64,000 nucleotides of DNA from Eledone cirrhosa (GCA_964016885.1 OZ024745.1:61876001-61940000), one strand, 5' to 3'. Shown: positions 26,676-41,873, counted from the first letter of the stretch. Notes: generated by a model not told the origin, from the sequence alone. Made by a program: numbers and translations.

Positions 26676-27098
26676 AAGTTAAATAAAAAGTCAAATGTTT
26701 AAAATTTAGCTTCGTTTATTACTGCTATATATATTTCAGTGACAGCCATCTTTGGCTGTGACCTCTTCAGGCAGTTTGAATTAGTGTGGTATAGACTGAT
26801 TCCAGTTCCTCAGTGAAATAAGAACCAAACCAGGAACTGGGCATATCAGTGTATTGACACCTCAACAACATATGTACTTTTCTATACCACACTAATTCAA
26901 ACTGCCTGAAGAGGTCACAGCCAAAGATGGCTGTCACTGAAATATACATAGCAGTAATAAACGAAGCTAAATTTAAAACATTTGACTTTTTATTTAACTT
27001 TATTTTACATTACTCCGGAGTAACCAAACCAACCTGCGCACTTCGTCGAGTGCTCCAGCCTGCATAGTGAGGTGTTGGTATACAACCAACATATACTC

Positions 27099-27102
<4 letters not shown>
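26670..27102 (+). mobile_element. Fold-back HHR element, family C (arms 26670-26794 and 26881-27008, ~95 bp tail)
   Basis: Near-perfect inverted arms between (TA)n and (TC)n; a diverged relative lies at 43500-43746. Confidence 0.85.
26721..26775 (-). ncRNA. Type I hammerhead with palindromic helix III (mirror copy 26901-26955, + strand)
   Basis: actgc-CTGAAGA-ggtcacagcca-aaga-tggctgtcact-GAAA-tatata-TA-gcagt. Confidence 0.9.
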
Positions 27103-27161
<59 letters not shown>

Positions 27162-28211
27162 CCCTATATATATATATATATATATATATAAATCTATATC
27201 TATATATCTGATCATTAACCTAAGTAATTTGGTTATTCAACATCCATACCGCTCTTTCATAAGATATTTCATAAAATTCTTACCAATTACATGGTTTGAT
27301 AGATAATTAAATAGAGTGAAAACAGCCGTACTATACCAAGAGAGTGAGGAATGTTAATTATGAGTTAAAAGATGAGATAAATAGATAATGCTATTAGAGA
27401 TTATATACAGATATAATAAAATATACAATATAAATGTAGAGGTGAAACAGAATTGACAGGCATTATTTATATGGTTATTGTAAATTGATAATATTTGTAA
27501 ACAATACGCAGAATATCGCTTGAATTAACACCAGTTACTGAAGTATGGCTGATAAAAATTCTAGACGAATCAATATTTAACAAAAGTTCAATAATAACAA
27601 TCAATATATGAAAGAATTACATATTTTTTTGTTATTGAAGAAGTAGAAACATTGAAATTAGAAAATTATTATTAATAGAATATATTAGGCGCACTTTCCC
27701 ATTATGTGTATAAAATAAAAAGAGAGAAAAATTAGGAAGAGAAAATCAAATATATTAACAGTATAAGAAGGTAGACAACATGCGTTGCTACATATAGAAA
27801 CCATTATGTTCTGAGTTCAAATCTAACCGAGGTTTGCTTGGCCTTTCATCCTTACGAGGTCGATAAAATAAATAGTTTTCATAATTATTTATATTATCGC
27901 CATCAGATATATATGAATAGTTAGTGACGCGTCTAATTTATAGATATGTTGCGATAAGGCCTTTTCTAAAGAAAGGGATTTTCAGTAAGTCTCATGCATC
28001 AAATCGTCGAAGAATATGATTTTTGTCCCTGACAACACCATGAACGACTTTGTCTTTCTTAAGGAGTTAAAAGATAAGTACTCATCATATTTTCGCGTGG
28101 ATATAATTGACTAAAATCTCTTTATAAATAAGTAGCTGATTAAAGATGTTAGAATCTTTATTTTTCATCTTATTAATAGTAATAACATTAGTATTATTAT
28201 CAGAGATAAAA

Positions 28212-28610
28212 AGGGCGGTGGATTGGCAGTATCGGTAGAAGATCGGACGCCATCCTTTGCAGCATAGAGTTATGATCTGAGTTCAAATCCCACCGAGGTT
28301 AACTTAGCCTTTCATCCTTATGGGGTCGATAAAATAAAGCACCAGTAACGTACTGGGGTCGATTTAATCGACTTTCCCCTCCCTCCAAATTACTGGCCTT
28401 GTGCATATAGTAGAAATAATTATTAGACCAACAATTTGGGGAAAGAAAAAGTTGATCTAATCTCCCCCCAGTGCTTTACTGGTACTTTATTTTATCGATC
28501 CCGTAAACAGGCAAATGTAGCTTCAGTGGGATTTAAACTCAACGTAAAGGGCCGTAACTACATGCCGCACAGCATGTTGGTCTATGCTCTACGGATACTG
28601 CCAATCAACA
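28212..28610. mobile_element. Two Meta-domain SINE copies, tail-to-tail (28212-28422 +, ~28460-28610 -); a partial copy lies at 27790-27872
   Basis: gggcggtggattggcagtatcggtagaa..gagttcaaatccc..gcctttcatccttatggggtcgataaaataaag and a reverse-complement copy. Confidence 0.85.
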
Positions 28611-29811
28611 TAAATATCGACATACACTATCAATAGTTGTAAAAAATAAGATTAAGGGGAAAAGGAGCTATAAAGGAAAGGACCTATTGAATATGAAATT
28701 GGAAAAAAAGTGAGAATGACAAGAGTGTTGTTTTGAAATGGAACAAGAAAATTGTTTTCAAAATGATCGCATAAACAACGCCACCGAAATACTGAAATAA
28801 TAACTTCCTTAACAGTATAAGACAGAACAAGATGCCGATTGTACAAATCTGACAAAATATTTTACAATCAACTTTGTAGATTTTGTTTGTACGTGATTCT
28901 TCCTTGCCTTTTTCGAAGCTATTTACGCATAAACGTATGTGCGGACATGAATTAAATCATGCTTGGATAAGTCTTTGTAACAATTATATTAAGTAATTCC
29001 GTTATCTATTTGAGTTGCTGTAGACTGTAAACGAAAACTGCTCATGGAAAGGAGGACTATGCTTATGCAACATGCACAAAACTATAGATGCTTTGTAAAA
29101 CCACGCCAAAAATATTTTTTCAACTGGTAATATTTTTTTTATTTATTTATATTTATACATTTCTTTATATTCACATTGTTTTTCTTTCCTTTGAATGATT
29201 ACGCTCTGGCTGTCTTTTTAGTGCTTGTTGTTTTTATAACTGATGTTATTCTTACAATTACAATTGGAGAGGGGACACATTGCAAGGAATTCTATTGTTG
29301 CTTTTGTACAATTTACCTGTATGGTTGTCGTTATTTTATAACGCTTACTTAGAAAACTATTGTTGTTACAGTAATTATTTATATGCACACGCTTTTGTAT
29401 CTCCTGTTGCTGTTATTGGTGCTACTGATGTAATATCTGCCGTCCTTCTTTCTTTCATTGTTGTCTTTCTGTTATTATTTCGTTTATCGTTTTCTTGTTG
29501 TTAGTGTTGTTGTTGATCCTTTGCTGCTGTTAGAGTCGTTGTTTTTACAATCATACATCAATAGTTGCAGCAACACCATCATAGAAGGGAATAAAATATT
29601 CGTTTTGGTTCTTTAAACAAACAAATCTTGTTGTATTCGAAACGAGAGGACATGCCTCATCATTAGTTTGGCAAAACAATGTTGCTTTCTTTTTCATATT
29701 ATAAGAGTGCTTGAATGCGTACATACGTATAAACATAAACCTACCCAACCACATACATTCTCTCTCTCTCTCTCACACAGCACAAGTATATATATGTATA
29801 TATATATATAC

Positions 29812-29893
<82 letters not shown>

Positions 29894-30178
29894 TACACAC
29901 ACACACATATATTCTATTTGTAGTTGGTGAAGATCCAAAATTCTAGAGCAACTCATGCCTGGGGACAAGTTATGATATACATAATCAATTTGCACTAAAA
30001 AAGTACAAAGAACTCATAATCAATAGGACGTGCGTTTCAGTTTCGATGACTGGATTTAGCAATCTCATCGGCTTTCAATAGCCCCAGTTTCAGTGTGTGT
30101 CCGTGCGCGCGCGCCGGCGCGTGTGTTATTATGCATCCGTACGAAGCTAAGAAGAAATCTGTGTGTATATGTAAGTAA

Positions 30179-30221
<43 letters not shown>

Positions 30222-30459
30222 TGTATGTAAGTAAAAGTGTGTGTGTGTGCTTGTAAGTACGAAGATATGAGCAAAAGTATGTTAATATAAGGGTGTGTGT
30301 GTGTATATATATACAGGACTGTGAAGGGAAAAGTGAGTGTGCGTTTTTGTCTGTTTTAGCTGTAAGATTATGTTTCTGACCATAAGAGACCCATAGGACT
30401 CTTAGAGAGAGAGAGGGAGAGAGAGAGATAGAGAGATAGAGAGATAGAGAGAGAGAGAG

Positions 30460-30533
<74 letters not shown>

Positions 30534-30984
30534 ATATGGCCTTGTGGTCTGAAATCAGTTTAGTGCTAAATATAGAAGCCGAATATTCAATTTTCGATCT
30601 TGAATGAGAGAAATACAATCGGAAATACAATTCAGATATGAATAGTTTTTTTGTTTTGTAAACGTCAAATATTTGTAAAAATCACGAAAGAATCCAATTA
30701 CTAACATATATTTCGTATTTTGATGGAATTAATTCGGAGAAGAACGTATTGTTGAATAGCCAATATCAATTATACATTCCCACATACTCACAAATACAAA
30801 CATATATTATAAAGTGCGTTCGAAATCTTACATAGCAAATATCCATAGATTTTCACATTTAATTATAAAGACAACACTGTATACAACATTCTAGATAAAT
30901 GTTTCTCTCAGCTTATTGATATATATACTTATACATTTCTCGCACACGTATTTATTTACACACTTACATAGACACACGCACACA

Positions 30985-31020
<36 letters not shown>

Positions 31021-31023
<3 letters not shown>

Positions 31024-31108
31024 CGAAGGAAATGTGGTAAGGAACCAGGTGGACCATAACGCACCAAAGTACTCAATACTTAGGGTAGTAGAGTGGGTAA
31101 TAGGAACC
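31021..31108 (-). mobile_element. 3' terminal fragment of the 22996-23184 family, abutting (TA)n
   Basis: Reverse complement closely matches 23098-23184. Confidence 0.9.
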
Positions 31109-31110
31109 AT

Positions 31111-31162
<52 letters not shown>

Positions 31163-32709
31163 TATATATATGTGTGTGTGGGTGTATATTTATATTATGT
31201 ATATATATATATAAATAAATATATGTATATATATATAAACATATAAATATATATAAACAAATATATATAAATAATATTTATATAATATTTATATATATAT
31301 ATTATATATATACGATATATATACAAACAAATATATATATATATGTGTGTGTGTGTGTGTAGTGTTTATCTACATTATTTGCATAAACATGGTGTATGTC
31401 TGTATGTTCAAATAGATATGTTTATATTTAACTACGTTACTGTATATTGCCCTGCTTATTGGAATACGCACGTTAAAAAAATTGTTTTATATTTCAAGAA
31501 TCTGTTAAAGCAGAATCAATGGAATAACAGCATGCAATATTTGTATTAAACCGGAAGCGAAAGAAATATAAAAATGGAGGATAGAAATGCAAAACATCAT
31601 TATAAGAAAAAATAGAGACTGAATTTATTTGAAGTAAATTGGAAGAGATAAAACTAATTATATCATAAATGCGTTATATGAGTATAGTTTTAGCATTGGG
31701 TTATGCTTGCTGATAGAAGCAGCGTAAAATCCCAACGTCTTTATACTTTATGTGAGTAGATAGTGGAAACGTAGAAATCGCATGCTAAAGTTGTATATTT
31801 TCATTAGCCATATGAATTTAAGTAACTAATTTCCTGTACATTGCAGGTTCTTATCTATCGAAAGTAAACCGCAGCTTGCAGAGTCGATAAAGTCTATGCT
31901 TTGTTTCCATCACACGATGTTCAATGAATTTTTTATAAGTCCTCTCATATTTCTAAATCCACATAGATGGGAACCGTTGTCATAAAAAGTTACAATTTAT
32001 AGCGGTGTGACACGGAAATACACACCATCAGCAAACATTTTCTAAGTTTGCCGGAGTGCACACAATAATATGTTCATTGTTAAAGAACTTCCGAAAGCTT
32101 TTTGTTGCAATGAAGACGCATCTTTTAAACATTACAAAGCTTTCTAATTGGTATAATTTTATACTCAAGTAGAATGCCTCTATCAAATGGGATTGTTATG
32201 TTGATCTCTGTCTATAGTCACATGGCTTTAAATATGGGAATTTGTAAAAAAGTAAAATCTTTAGAAATCGTAGTATTGAACGTGGATGTCTAACGTTAAA
32301 ATAAATCATCCATCCAATTTTTAATGCAAATTGAATTGATTATAAGTGACGTATATACAGATTAATACATTTCAGCGATTTCAATGCACAAATCACTCGA
32401 CGTATTGTTTGCGATTTCTCGAAACTTCAATATTTTTCTAGGTTGGAAATTCAAATGAATGTCCCGTTACTAGTAAATATAATGGCTGCAAATGATAGCC
32501 TCTTTCTGCAGCAGAAATATTTGTTGCCACAATTATTTAAATAATATTCCAGATGTTCTATGATTTTTAAGACATGGATACATTAAAAAATATGTTTGAT
32601 ACATCAGAATATACAGAATTTATAGGGAACGCTTTCAAAGAGGAAGAAATTCCGCACACATGAATGATATCCGGTAATAAATCAATGGTTAAGTTAGTCT
32701 TAAAATGTA

Positions 32710-33255
32710 AACATCCCCGATGGCATCACACTCTACCCTTTCGAAGGAAATAAATCCCTCATCTGGGATGCGACAATCGTTGAGACGTTCTCTGTCTCCA
32801 GCTTAGTTACCACGGCCACAAACCCCGGTACTGCGGCTAGCAATGCAGAAGACAGGAGGGCAAGCAACTATCAGAGCTTGTTCGGCCGCTTCCTCTTTAC
32901 ACCGACCGTCATCGGACCCCAGGCGTCCTCGGATCTCGGACTGCTGACCTCCTTCGTAAAATCGGATCGATAGCAGCCCGAGGAAAAAAACCCCACGAGG
33001 TGGGGCGGTTGTGGCATCGTGTGTTGCTGATAATTGTCCGCGAAAATGCCTTTGCCATTTTGTCCACCACTCAGAACTGAGCATGGAGTCTGTCACCCTC
33101 TGCCTTTCCCCCTTTCTTCCTTCCTTTGCCTAGTAGTCCTTCCTCTTCCCCTTCTTCTCCTCTCATTTATGGCATTTATAGTCGTTTCCAATGCAGCTCT
33201 CTTTTGCTATATGTTTAACCAAATAAAATGTTTGCTGGCTATAAAAGAAAAAAAA
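32710..33255 (+). mobile_element. 5'-truncated CRE-clade non-LTR retrotransposon (RLE endonuclease C-terminus, 3' UTR, A-rich tail)
   Basis: IPDGITLYPFEGNKSLIWDATIVETFS..PGTAASNAEDRRASNYQSL..FLFTP, then after a frameshift GVLGSRTADLLRKIG..LWHRVLLIIVRENAFAIL*. AATAAA at 33222 and an A-tract follow. Confidence 0.85.
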
Positions 33256-33354
33256 TTATGAATTTATAAAACTTTGATTAACCAGAAAGCAAACAGATTA
33301 ATTTAGAGCGGATTCTATTTTATATTTGCATTTATCATCTTTTGATTTGCTTGC

Positions 33355-33550
33355 AGAGGCAGGTGGCCTAGTTGTGAGGGTGTTGGACCTACAATCTTAA
33401 TGTCGGGGTTGTGTGTTCTGTTCTTGAACAAAACACTTCATTTCACGTTGCTCCAGTATACTGAGCTGAAACTAACAATAGCTGGGGGTTTAACGATCTG
33501 AGGGGAAGTCTTGTACTGTCAATCACTTCACGGCACGGAAACCAGGATAA
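33355..33550 (+). mobile_element. Degenerate tRNA-derived SINE (second family)
   Basis: A-box-like gtggcctagttg, then ttcttgaacaaaacacttcatttcacgttgctccag. Confidence 0.6.
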
Positions 33551-34006
33551 GTAAATGTAACTGGGAGGAAAAAGAAAGATTTGGAAAGTCCCCTGTACTA
33601 AATCCTTTTAACACTTCCTACGGGACTCCCTAGTTGGACACTTTATTTTGAGGTGTACTTCCCCCACAAGACCTTATCAGCTTTTGACTTGCTTGCAAAT
33701 TTTCATTTAATGAAAGGGTAATGTGGCCTCTACCTATTACTCACTTGGAAACGATGCTCACAATAAAATGGAACACATTTGCTACATTCAGAAAATTGTG
33801 CTTCGGAATCATTTCAAGATAGTAAAGTAGTGAAGTACAATAACGGTACACGTTATGGACAGCTGAGCCATTTGCACTTTACTTTCAGGTGCACGCTGTT
33901 CCGTTGATTAAGTCAATTGGAACTTGGAACACCCATCTCGGAACCGATGGAGGGTCACCATACTCCCACAAACACGCACAAACACACACACAGACACAGA
34001 CATAGA

Positions 34007-34111
<105 letters not shown>

Positions 34112-34719
34112 TCTCTCTCTCTCACACACACACAATCACACACACATATATATATCACCTCGAAATTTAAATATCGCGTTACATTGGCAATCTTGGAAGA
34201 AATGGATATTTTCAATATTTCATTTGCGTAAACATAGAAGAAATCTTATAATACCTCATATATTTTTAATTCTTTATAGAAAAACCAAGAAATTACTATT
34301 AAAGATAGTATTGGTATTTTTTGTAAAGGTCACATAGCAATACTTGGAAGTAATGATTTCCGTATACTTTGCAGTAATTTTCAATAATTCATTCATTGGT
34401 TATTCAGCTATGGCTATAGGAAATATATCTGTAATTAGTCGTTTAATTTTTCTATGCACAGTTAAATTAAGAACGAATAAGATTTTTTCGATTTTCCTTT
34501 TTTATTTACAAAAAGCAAAGGCTATTTATTTTACTAGAGTGTGAGAAATCTATATTCTGACAAGATGCCATGAAATTGCCTCATTATCAAAACATTAAAA
34601 TTTTGTGTTTGCTTAGAAAGTTAGTGTAGATACGGGCCGGGCAAGAACATACACTTCCATACATACGAGAATATATACAAATTTCCATACATTTGTATGT
34701 ATGTATGTATGTATGTATG

Positions 34720-34749
<30 letters not shown>

Positions 34750-34753
<4 letters not shown>

Positions 34754-35041
34754 TCATCTTGGTTAAGAGAGTGGGACTGGCTTTGTGCAGTGCCTTTGCT
34801 CACTATAAATGCTTCACGGCACAGGCATTGCTTTATATCTGGAGATCTCTCTGCACTTGTCGTCACATGGTACCATGGGCCCAGCACTATGTGTCAATAA
34901 TTGTCACAAGTGTAGTGTTTGTACCAGAGTTTTCAAGTCGCTGGCTGGACTAAAAAGTCACACTCGTTCAGCGCATCGGTAGGGGTTCTCCTACATGGAT
35001 ATAAAGTAGTGGCCGTACTCGAAAGCGAGTTGGCAGCCACC
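34750..35041 (+). mobile_element. 3' end of an RTE-clade LINE (C-terminal C2H2 finger) between (GTAT)n tracts
   Basis: HKCSVCTRVFKSLAGLKSHTRSAHR* at ~34904-34981, a short 3' UTR, then (tatg)n. Confidence 0.65.
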
Positions 35042-35400
35042 ATGTATGTATGTATGTATGTATGTATGATTGTATGTATGTATGTATGTATGTATGTATG
35101 TATGTATGTATGTATGTGTATGTATGTACTAACTTATCTATCCTATCCAACTACCTCCCTACTGAATTCACGAGGATGCTGTTTGAGAAAAATATTGTTG
35201 CGTATTGCGTCCAAATGACGGATTTCACTACCAGCATACGAAAAGATTGTAACGACTGTTATCGCAGGCAATCATGAATGATGTACTATGATATCTATCT
35301 TATATTTCCTTAGGTAAATTCAAAGAGATGATAGTTATATAAGTAACGATTCTCTTGTGGACAAAAATGTTAGATATTAGCGTGCATCGGGAATATATAT

Positions 35401-35518
<118 letters not shown>

Positions 35519-35519
35519 T

Positions 35520-35649
35520 ATATAGTAATAATAACATATGTGAAGACTAAAAGCCGTAGAGCAAATATTTATTAAAATAACAGATTAAAATTTAAGTAAA
35601 GAATCGCTGCTTTCACCCTTAATTCAATTAGAAGCTATATAATCATAGC

Positions 35650-35653
<4 letters not shown>
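35520..35653 (-). mobile_element. Short TA-embedded element terminus; same family as 17221-17378
   Basis: Shared ttttaatctgttattttaataaatatttgctctacgg..ttttagtcttca..ttattattactata. Confidence 0.7.
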
Positions 35654-35695
<42 letters not shown>

Positions 35696-36348
35696 ATATA
35701 TACAGGGAGAAACACAGCAGGCTTTGTTTAGAAACGGCTAGCGAATTTGAAAATTAGGTAGAAACATCTCCTTACGCCGTATTTGACTAAACAGAATTAG
35801 TCTGTTAGTTGGGATTTAAAAAAAATCCCTCTGAATGGAAAATAGCATGAGTATTGCCGTACATGGGACACGTGGATATAGGATACCTGCAGTCATGGGG
35901 GACTTCTAATCTTCCACGAAACAGCCTCCACCTGGAAGGTATCGTTATATCGTTATGGTCAAATGTTTGAGTAATCAAATTTATGATCAAATACATGAAC
36001 TCCATATTCGTGGATATTTGTGTGTCTAGGACTACATTATTCATTGTGTTCCTCCAAGATAGTTTGGTGAAATTTGCGGAAGAAATCATTGCTATTTCTA
36101 GCAGGCGCCAAAACCACATCATTGTAGCTTCATATATCTTTTGACTAATCAAAATACAGGTACACCTCACCTCTGATTAAATTGGTTTTGCTGTTTGAGA
36201 TAGAATAGTGGCTCGATAATTTATCTCATGAAAGGATCAGACAATCCAATTATTGTATCTGGCATGCAGCGAAGACATCATCCAGAGTGTACAAAAGTAA
36301 AAGGATCACCAGCTGTTTCGGATCTGGAACAGACTGAAGATTGTCTGA

Positions 36349-36383
<35 letters not shown>

Positions 36384-37834
36384 AAGAAAGATGTAGAATA
36401 TTCTCCTCATACATACCCATTGACAAAAGCACACACACACGCACACACACATGTATATATATATATACCTCATGTTCTTAGAAATATGGAGTCTGATGAT
36501 ATATTGTGAAGCAGTATGAAAGAATGAATGTTAATGTTGGTTAATTTGTTGTCTAAAGTCAATGTAATTACTAACAAACAAAATAAAAAAGAATAACATT
36601 TATATATAATTAAATATACAAACTCGGAGAAGAAAACTACTAAACCACAAGTTAAAAAAAATAAATTATACAAATAACTGATGAAAGAGAAAATAATTGA
36701 AGAGGAAAATAAAAAAAGACCCAACAAACAAGAAAAAACAAAAACGTGCTTCACTAAAAAATGTAATAGAATTATATCCCAGTGGTCTGGTATCTTGTTG
36801 AAAAATCTTTTAGAGATTGTATTTGTTTATTTTAAAAAATGGTTGTCAAATCCTTTCAACTACTTAATTTCATGCGATGCAGCATCACTCACGCACACAC
36901 AAAAGGCGAATAAAAAATATTACAAAAAACACGAACCGAATAAACAATATGACAACATATACACTCCACTTGAAACATTTATAAAATATATAAACGTGCA
37001 TACATAAGATGACAAAAATGTATAATTTGTATAGTCATACTCACGTTTACAAATTGAACAGTCAATACACTTTTACTCTCACAAAGACGCACTAAGCAAA
37101 CCGACATACAAATACACATATTTAAACAGTGATGGTCACATACAAGAAAATGGACAACGTTAATACAGTGTTTGAATTAAGCAATATTGTCCCTTTATTA
37201 ATATAATGCAATTAAGTTTTGACTTAACTTATAAATTTGGCAGGAATATTCCTTTGTTACTGTATTAGCTGTAGTTGTAATCAAGTTGCATTTGTTCTCG
37301 CTTTTCAATTAGTGCTTTCCACAAGTGGCTGTTCCGATTTCACTCTTTCTTTCTCTCCCTCCCTTTCTTTTTTAATTTCGTTATTTCTTCCTTTTTTATA
37401 TCTATTTTCTTTCTAATGCTTCGGCAAGTAAAATAGAAGGAAAAATAAATATATACAAGGAAAAGAATAAATATCGATGGAGTGAGTTTGATGGCTTGTC
37501 ACAAAAGAAGTAAACTCAAATTTAGTGAGCATATATATACAGATGCACACACATGCTTACACACATTACACACATACACGCACACACACACACACATATA
37601 TATTTGTGTATGTATGAATAGATGTAATTAGCATATGGTGTATACATGCACTCAGCAAAATAGTAGATTTTAATACGTATATTTGCATACATAGGGACAT
37701 ACTTTCCATAGATACACACGCAGACACAAATATATGCGCTCACACACACAGAGATATATATATATAATGAATAGACAGTCATCTGGATGCAAATACACAA
37801 AGTGTTATTGGTTTCACTATTAGAAAGAAGTGAG

Positions 37835-37956
<122 letters not shown>

Positions 37957-38396
37957 TTCTGTATAAATATGTTGGTAGATATACTAATTCTTCATAATTA
38001 TCTCCAAATTATTTGTTGAGCAAAAATTCGCCTGAATTACTGCTATGATTCATTGTAGTATTTTGGCTACTGTCTTTTTAACACCCCTGCTTTCTCCTCA
38101 CTGATTAACCTCGATGTCACGTGATTGATTCTTTTGAATTTGCCACTCACCGGGAAAGTAGTGAAATTTTCAGTGTCTTGAAATTTAGTCCACGCTTGTT
38201 TCTTTTCCATTCACTGAATTATTTTTGTTTGAGATCCCTGTGTCCGCCTGTCGCCTGGGATCTTAGCAGAGAATTGACTCCCTGATGAAGAAAGGAATTC
38301 TCCATAGCTTTGAACACTATGTATCTCCTTTCAGAAATTAATTAGTTGGAGTGAAACTTAAGTAAGTTAATTATTATAATTTTCTTATTTTACGTC

Positions 38397-38472
<76 letters not shown>

Positions 38473-38476
<4 letters not shown>

Positions 38477-38657
38477 GTGGAACACTGGAAGGTAATATCC
38501 GTAGCGGTAGAGCACTCAGTCCATGGGACGAGTTAGGTAGATGTGGTTACACAACAGTTGTCCTTCCTGTTCCTATAACCATGCCCATTCCGAGCTGAGG
38601 ATCCGGTAAGGTGAACAAATTGTTCTCGGGATGGTGAACTAACTGTTGTATAACCAC

Positions 38658-38660
<3 letters not shown>
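38473..38660. mobile_element. Small fold-back element in (TA)n with a near-canonical hammerhead (38588-38631, +)
   Basis: ttccgag-CTGAGGA-tccggtaaggt-GAAC-aaatt-GTT-ctcggga (7-bp helix I, one A of GAAA missing). Inverted segment gtggttacacaacagtt / aactgttgtataaccac. Confidence 0.65.
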
Positions 38661-38753
<93 letters not shown>

Positions 38754-38988
38754 GTAATCTGAGTTTTTCGAATATTAATAATAACATTCGATTCGTTTGC
38801 AATTTTGCAAACAAGCCTCAATTTTATAGCCATGTCAGCAGAATGAACACTTCATTCTTGCTCTTATGTTCGCATGCGAACAGAACCGCAGACACTAATG
38901 TTTCTGGGTATCACCCTTCATCATTACAGCTCACTATATATATATATGTAAGAGACGAGACAAAAAAAAATATATACATATATTTATT

Positions 38989-39100
<112 letters not shown>

Positions 39101-39369
39101 TTTGTCTCGTCTCTTACTCCATAGGAAAGAGCTTTGACTTTGGATGCCCTTTTGCTGATATTTAACCATTTGGATATAGAGCTTTTGTTGACAGGATGTA
39201 GTTGGAACTACTCTCCGGTGCATCTGCTTTCAAACTTATATTCAAACACTTTCTTGATTGTGGCAAAAATAACCTTCGTAGTAATTGTAGCAGTGAGACG
39301 TCAACAGAGCTACCGCCGCTGCAAACACTACAACCATGACTGATTCAGAGTTATTTCCCTTAATGTATG

Positions 39370-39860
39370 TTAAAATACAAACATAAGGCCCTCAAACGGT
39401 AGGGATGTCGTTATAGTTCCTTCTCGACCAGATCCACTGGAACTCCTGTCTGCTGCGTCTGATCTCGCCTTTAGTGATTGATCCTGATCCTCCGAGTAAG
39501 TGAAAGTTCTTTCATAAGATTGTAGGATGATTGACCCCCCAAAGCCTAAGGCTCCAATTTCTATGGCGAGAAATTTAACCCGGAAATTGGCATCCTTTAG
39601 GTTGCTGGTCACACTGGTGTATTTTTCGGTCTTGAACACGTATGCCTCTTCATTTCTACATTCTAATGACATGGTGAGTTCAATTAAAAGCAACTCTTTT
39701 GATAAACTGGAATGGAGTACAATATCTGGTCTCAAGCCCCTCTTCCTGGGTATTTCCGATTATTTCACCGATCCCCGGAGGTCTACTGTCTGCTGCACGC
39801 TCCCAATCATTTGCAACATACAGAAGACGCCACACCCGTGTCATGTATGGCATAGCTGTT
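39370..39860 (-). pseudogene. HERO/NeSL-like non-LTR retrotransposon RLE endonuclease fragment
   Basis: RPDIVLHS...LLLIELTMSLE..EEAY..K.EKY...VKFLAIEIGALGF, the RPD..IELT..E..K.Y..EVG.RGF signature. Confidence 0.85.
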
Positions 39861-40581
39861 CTTGTGTCATCAGATATTTAAAGTGGAAATGCAGGCCTAT
39901 TATAATATCATCAGCCTTAACAAAAAGAATCACTGTTATCAAGATGAACTTTATACTTAAGTTTATTTCTTTGTATAGAAAATGTACCTATGAAAATGCA
40001 AAAAGATGTGGAAAAGACGATGATTTCACCCCGATAAACCATAGCATAATTTGATCTCAGATGGGAAGGATCCGACCTTCTTCCACAAGGAAAAATAAAA
40101 ACGCAAATGTTAGCTAAAGAGGAAAAAGAGCTGTAAAAGACGGTGGGTGCAAGTAGAGGTCATAATAACTGCCTGCAAGTGAAAGAGTTTGGGACATGAA
40201 ATTGTGATAAAAAATAGTAATAGTTGCGAAAGTATTAAGATTAGAGATATACACAAACAAACAGTCATTGAATGGATTGGTTAGAATATTGGGCAATTTG
40301 TAATACGGAGACAATCTGATTCCATGTAACTTTGTAATATATCCTTCGCAAACTGATATCATAATATAGAAGTCAATACCGAGGTCAATATAATCAAGTA
40401 ATCTATTTCAAAAAATGTTTGGCCTTGTGTTTATATATTATATTACAATAATATTAAATGTTGGCATACTTATGTAACGCTGGCATATCTAGGAGTTTCA
40501 TTTCTCCTGGTATATAAACACACATACATAGAGACACACGCGTTTGCGCGCACACACAAACGTACACACGCATATACACAC

Positions 40582-40618
<37 letters not shown>

Positions 40619-40630
40619 CACACACACACG

Positions 40631-40693
<63 letters not shown>

Positions 40694-40695
<2 letters not shown>

Positions 40696-41289
40696 TAGAA
40701 TTGGTGCTCTGAAATAGCGATATATATAAATGAATGTATATATAGTGTATTTTGCAATACACTGTATGCTTAATTAAAAGCATTTTGAAGACCTTAGGCT
40801 ATTGTTTTAAAGTAGTGACTATGTCACTTACTTCTTCTTTCAACAAACAAAGGGAGATAAGCTTACAGATCTCTGTTTCATACTGTTGGTATTCCTCAGA
40901 GATTAGCACAGTGATCGCTTAAATAAACATACTAATTTTCTGTCACTAATTTTCTCCTAATGCAGTTTATATATAATATCGCCTTTTTTTAATGTATCAT
41001 AGATTACGTTACTGATTACATAAGACAGTGTAACACAGTCTTCGTTCAATTTCTATATATATTGTTTGTTGAAAATTATGAATGTTGGATTCTTATAGAA
41101 TTCCAGAAATAATCAGGAACTGATTATACAGAGCGGTTGCCGGTCCAGCAAAAATTGAAAAGTAGAATTGATGCTCTGAAATAGCGATATATATATGAAT
41201 GTACATATAGTGTATTTTGCAATACACTGTATGCTTAATTAAAAGCATTTTGAAGACCTTACGCTATTGTTTTAAAGTAGTGACTGTGT
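40694..41289. repeat. ~128 bp direct repeats (40694-40822 and 41163-41289) flanking a segment (40911-41065) duplicated at 42221-42377
   Basis: tagaattg.tgctctgaaatagcgat..cattttgaagacctta.gctattgttttaaagtagtgact occurs twice; gtgatcgc.taaataaacatactaattttctgtc..gtcttcgttcaattt occurs twice. Confidence 0.9.
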
Positions 41290-41873
41290 TTTAAACTGTA
41301 CAGTAGACAAATCTGAGAAGTGCTAAGGTCGCCATCTGTTATATTGAATTACAAATATATCACAGCTTAAGGTAATAAAACGGATATAGTTTTGGGGCTG
41401 GTCAGATGATTATTATTGCAGACATGTGTTTGTATTTTGACAAAGAAGGCAAAATGCATGTGGATATTCAATACTTTCATATGTCTAGGAATGTGGTTAA
41501 TTCCATATTCCAGTTTAAATTGTGGATCAAGTAAAAGAATAAATCACATTCTTGACAAAGCAGAGAGGCTTGAAGTTCAGAGTATGAAGGAATAAGCAAA
41601 GCATTTTAATGTTTCTTTTTATGTAGGATGGGATAGGATGACAGGACGAAAATCAGATGTAGTGGACTTGTATATTGAGACATGAATATCAAAGTCAAAG
41701 ATTTGGGAAATATCTTCAAGATTTACTGAACACAAAATATAATTACAGAAATAATGTTTCGTACATTTACGTTTATCCCATTCTAAACTATAATAAAGGA
41801 AGGTCTGAGGAACTGCGTACGGTTTATTTTTTTTTTATCCCGTTAGTAAAATAAGTTTGATTACTTTGAATAA

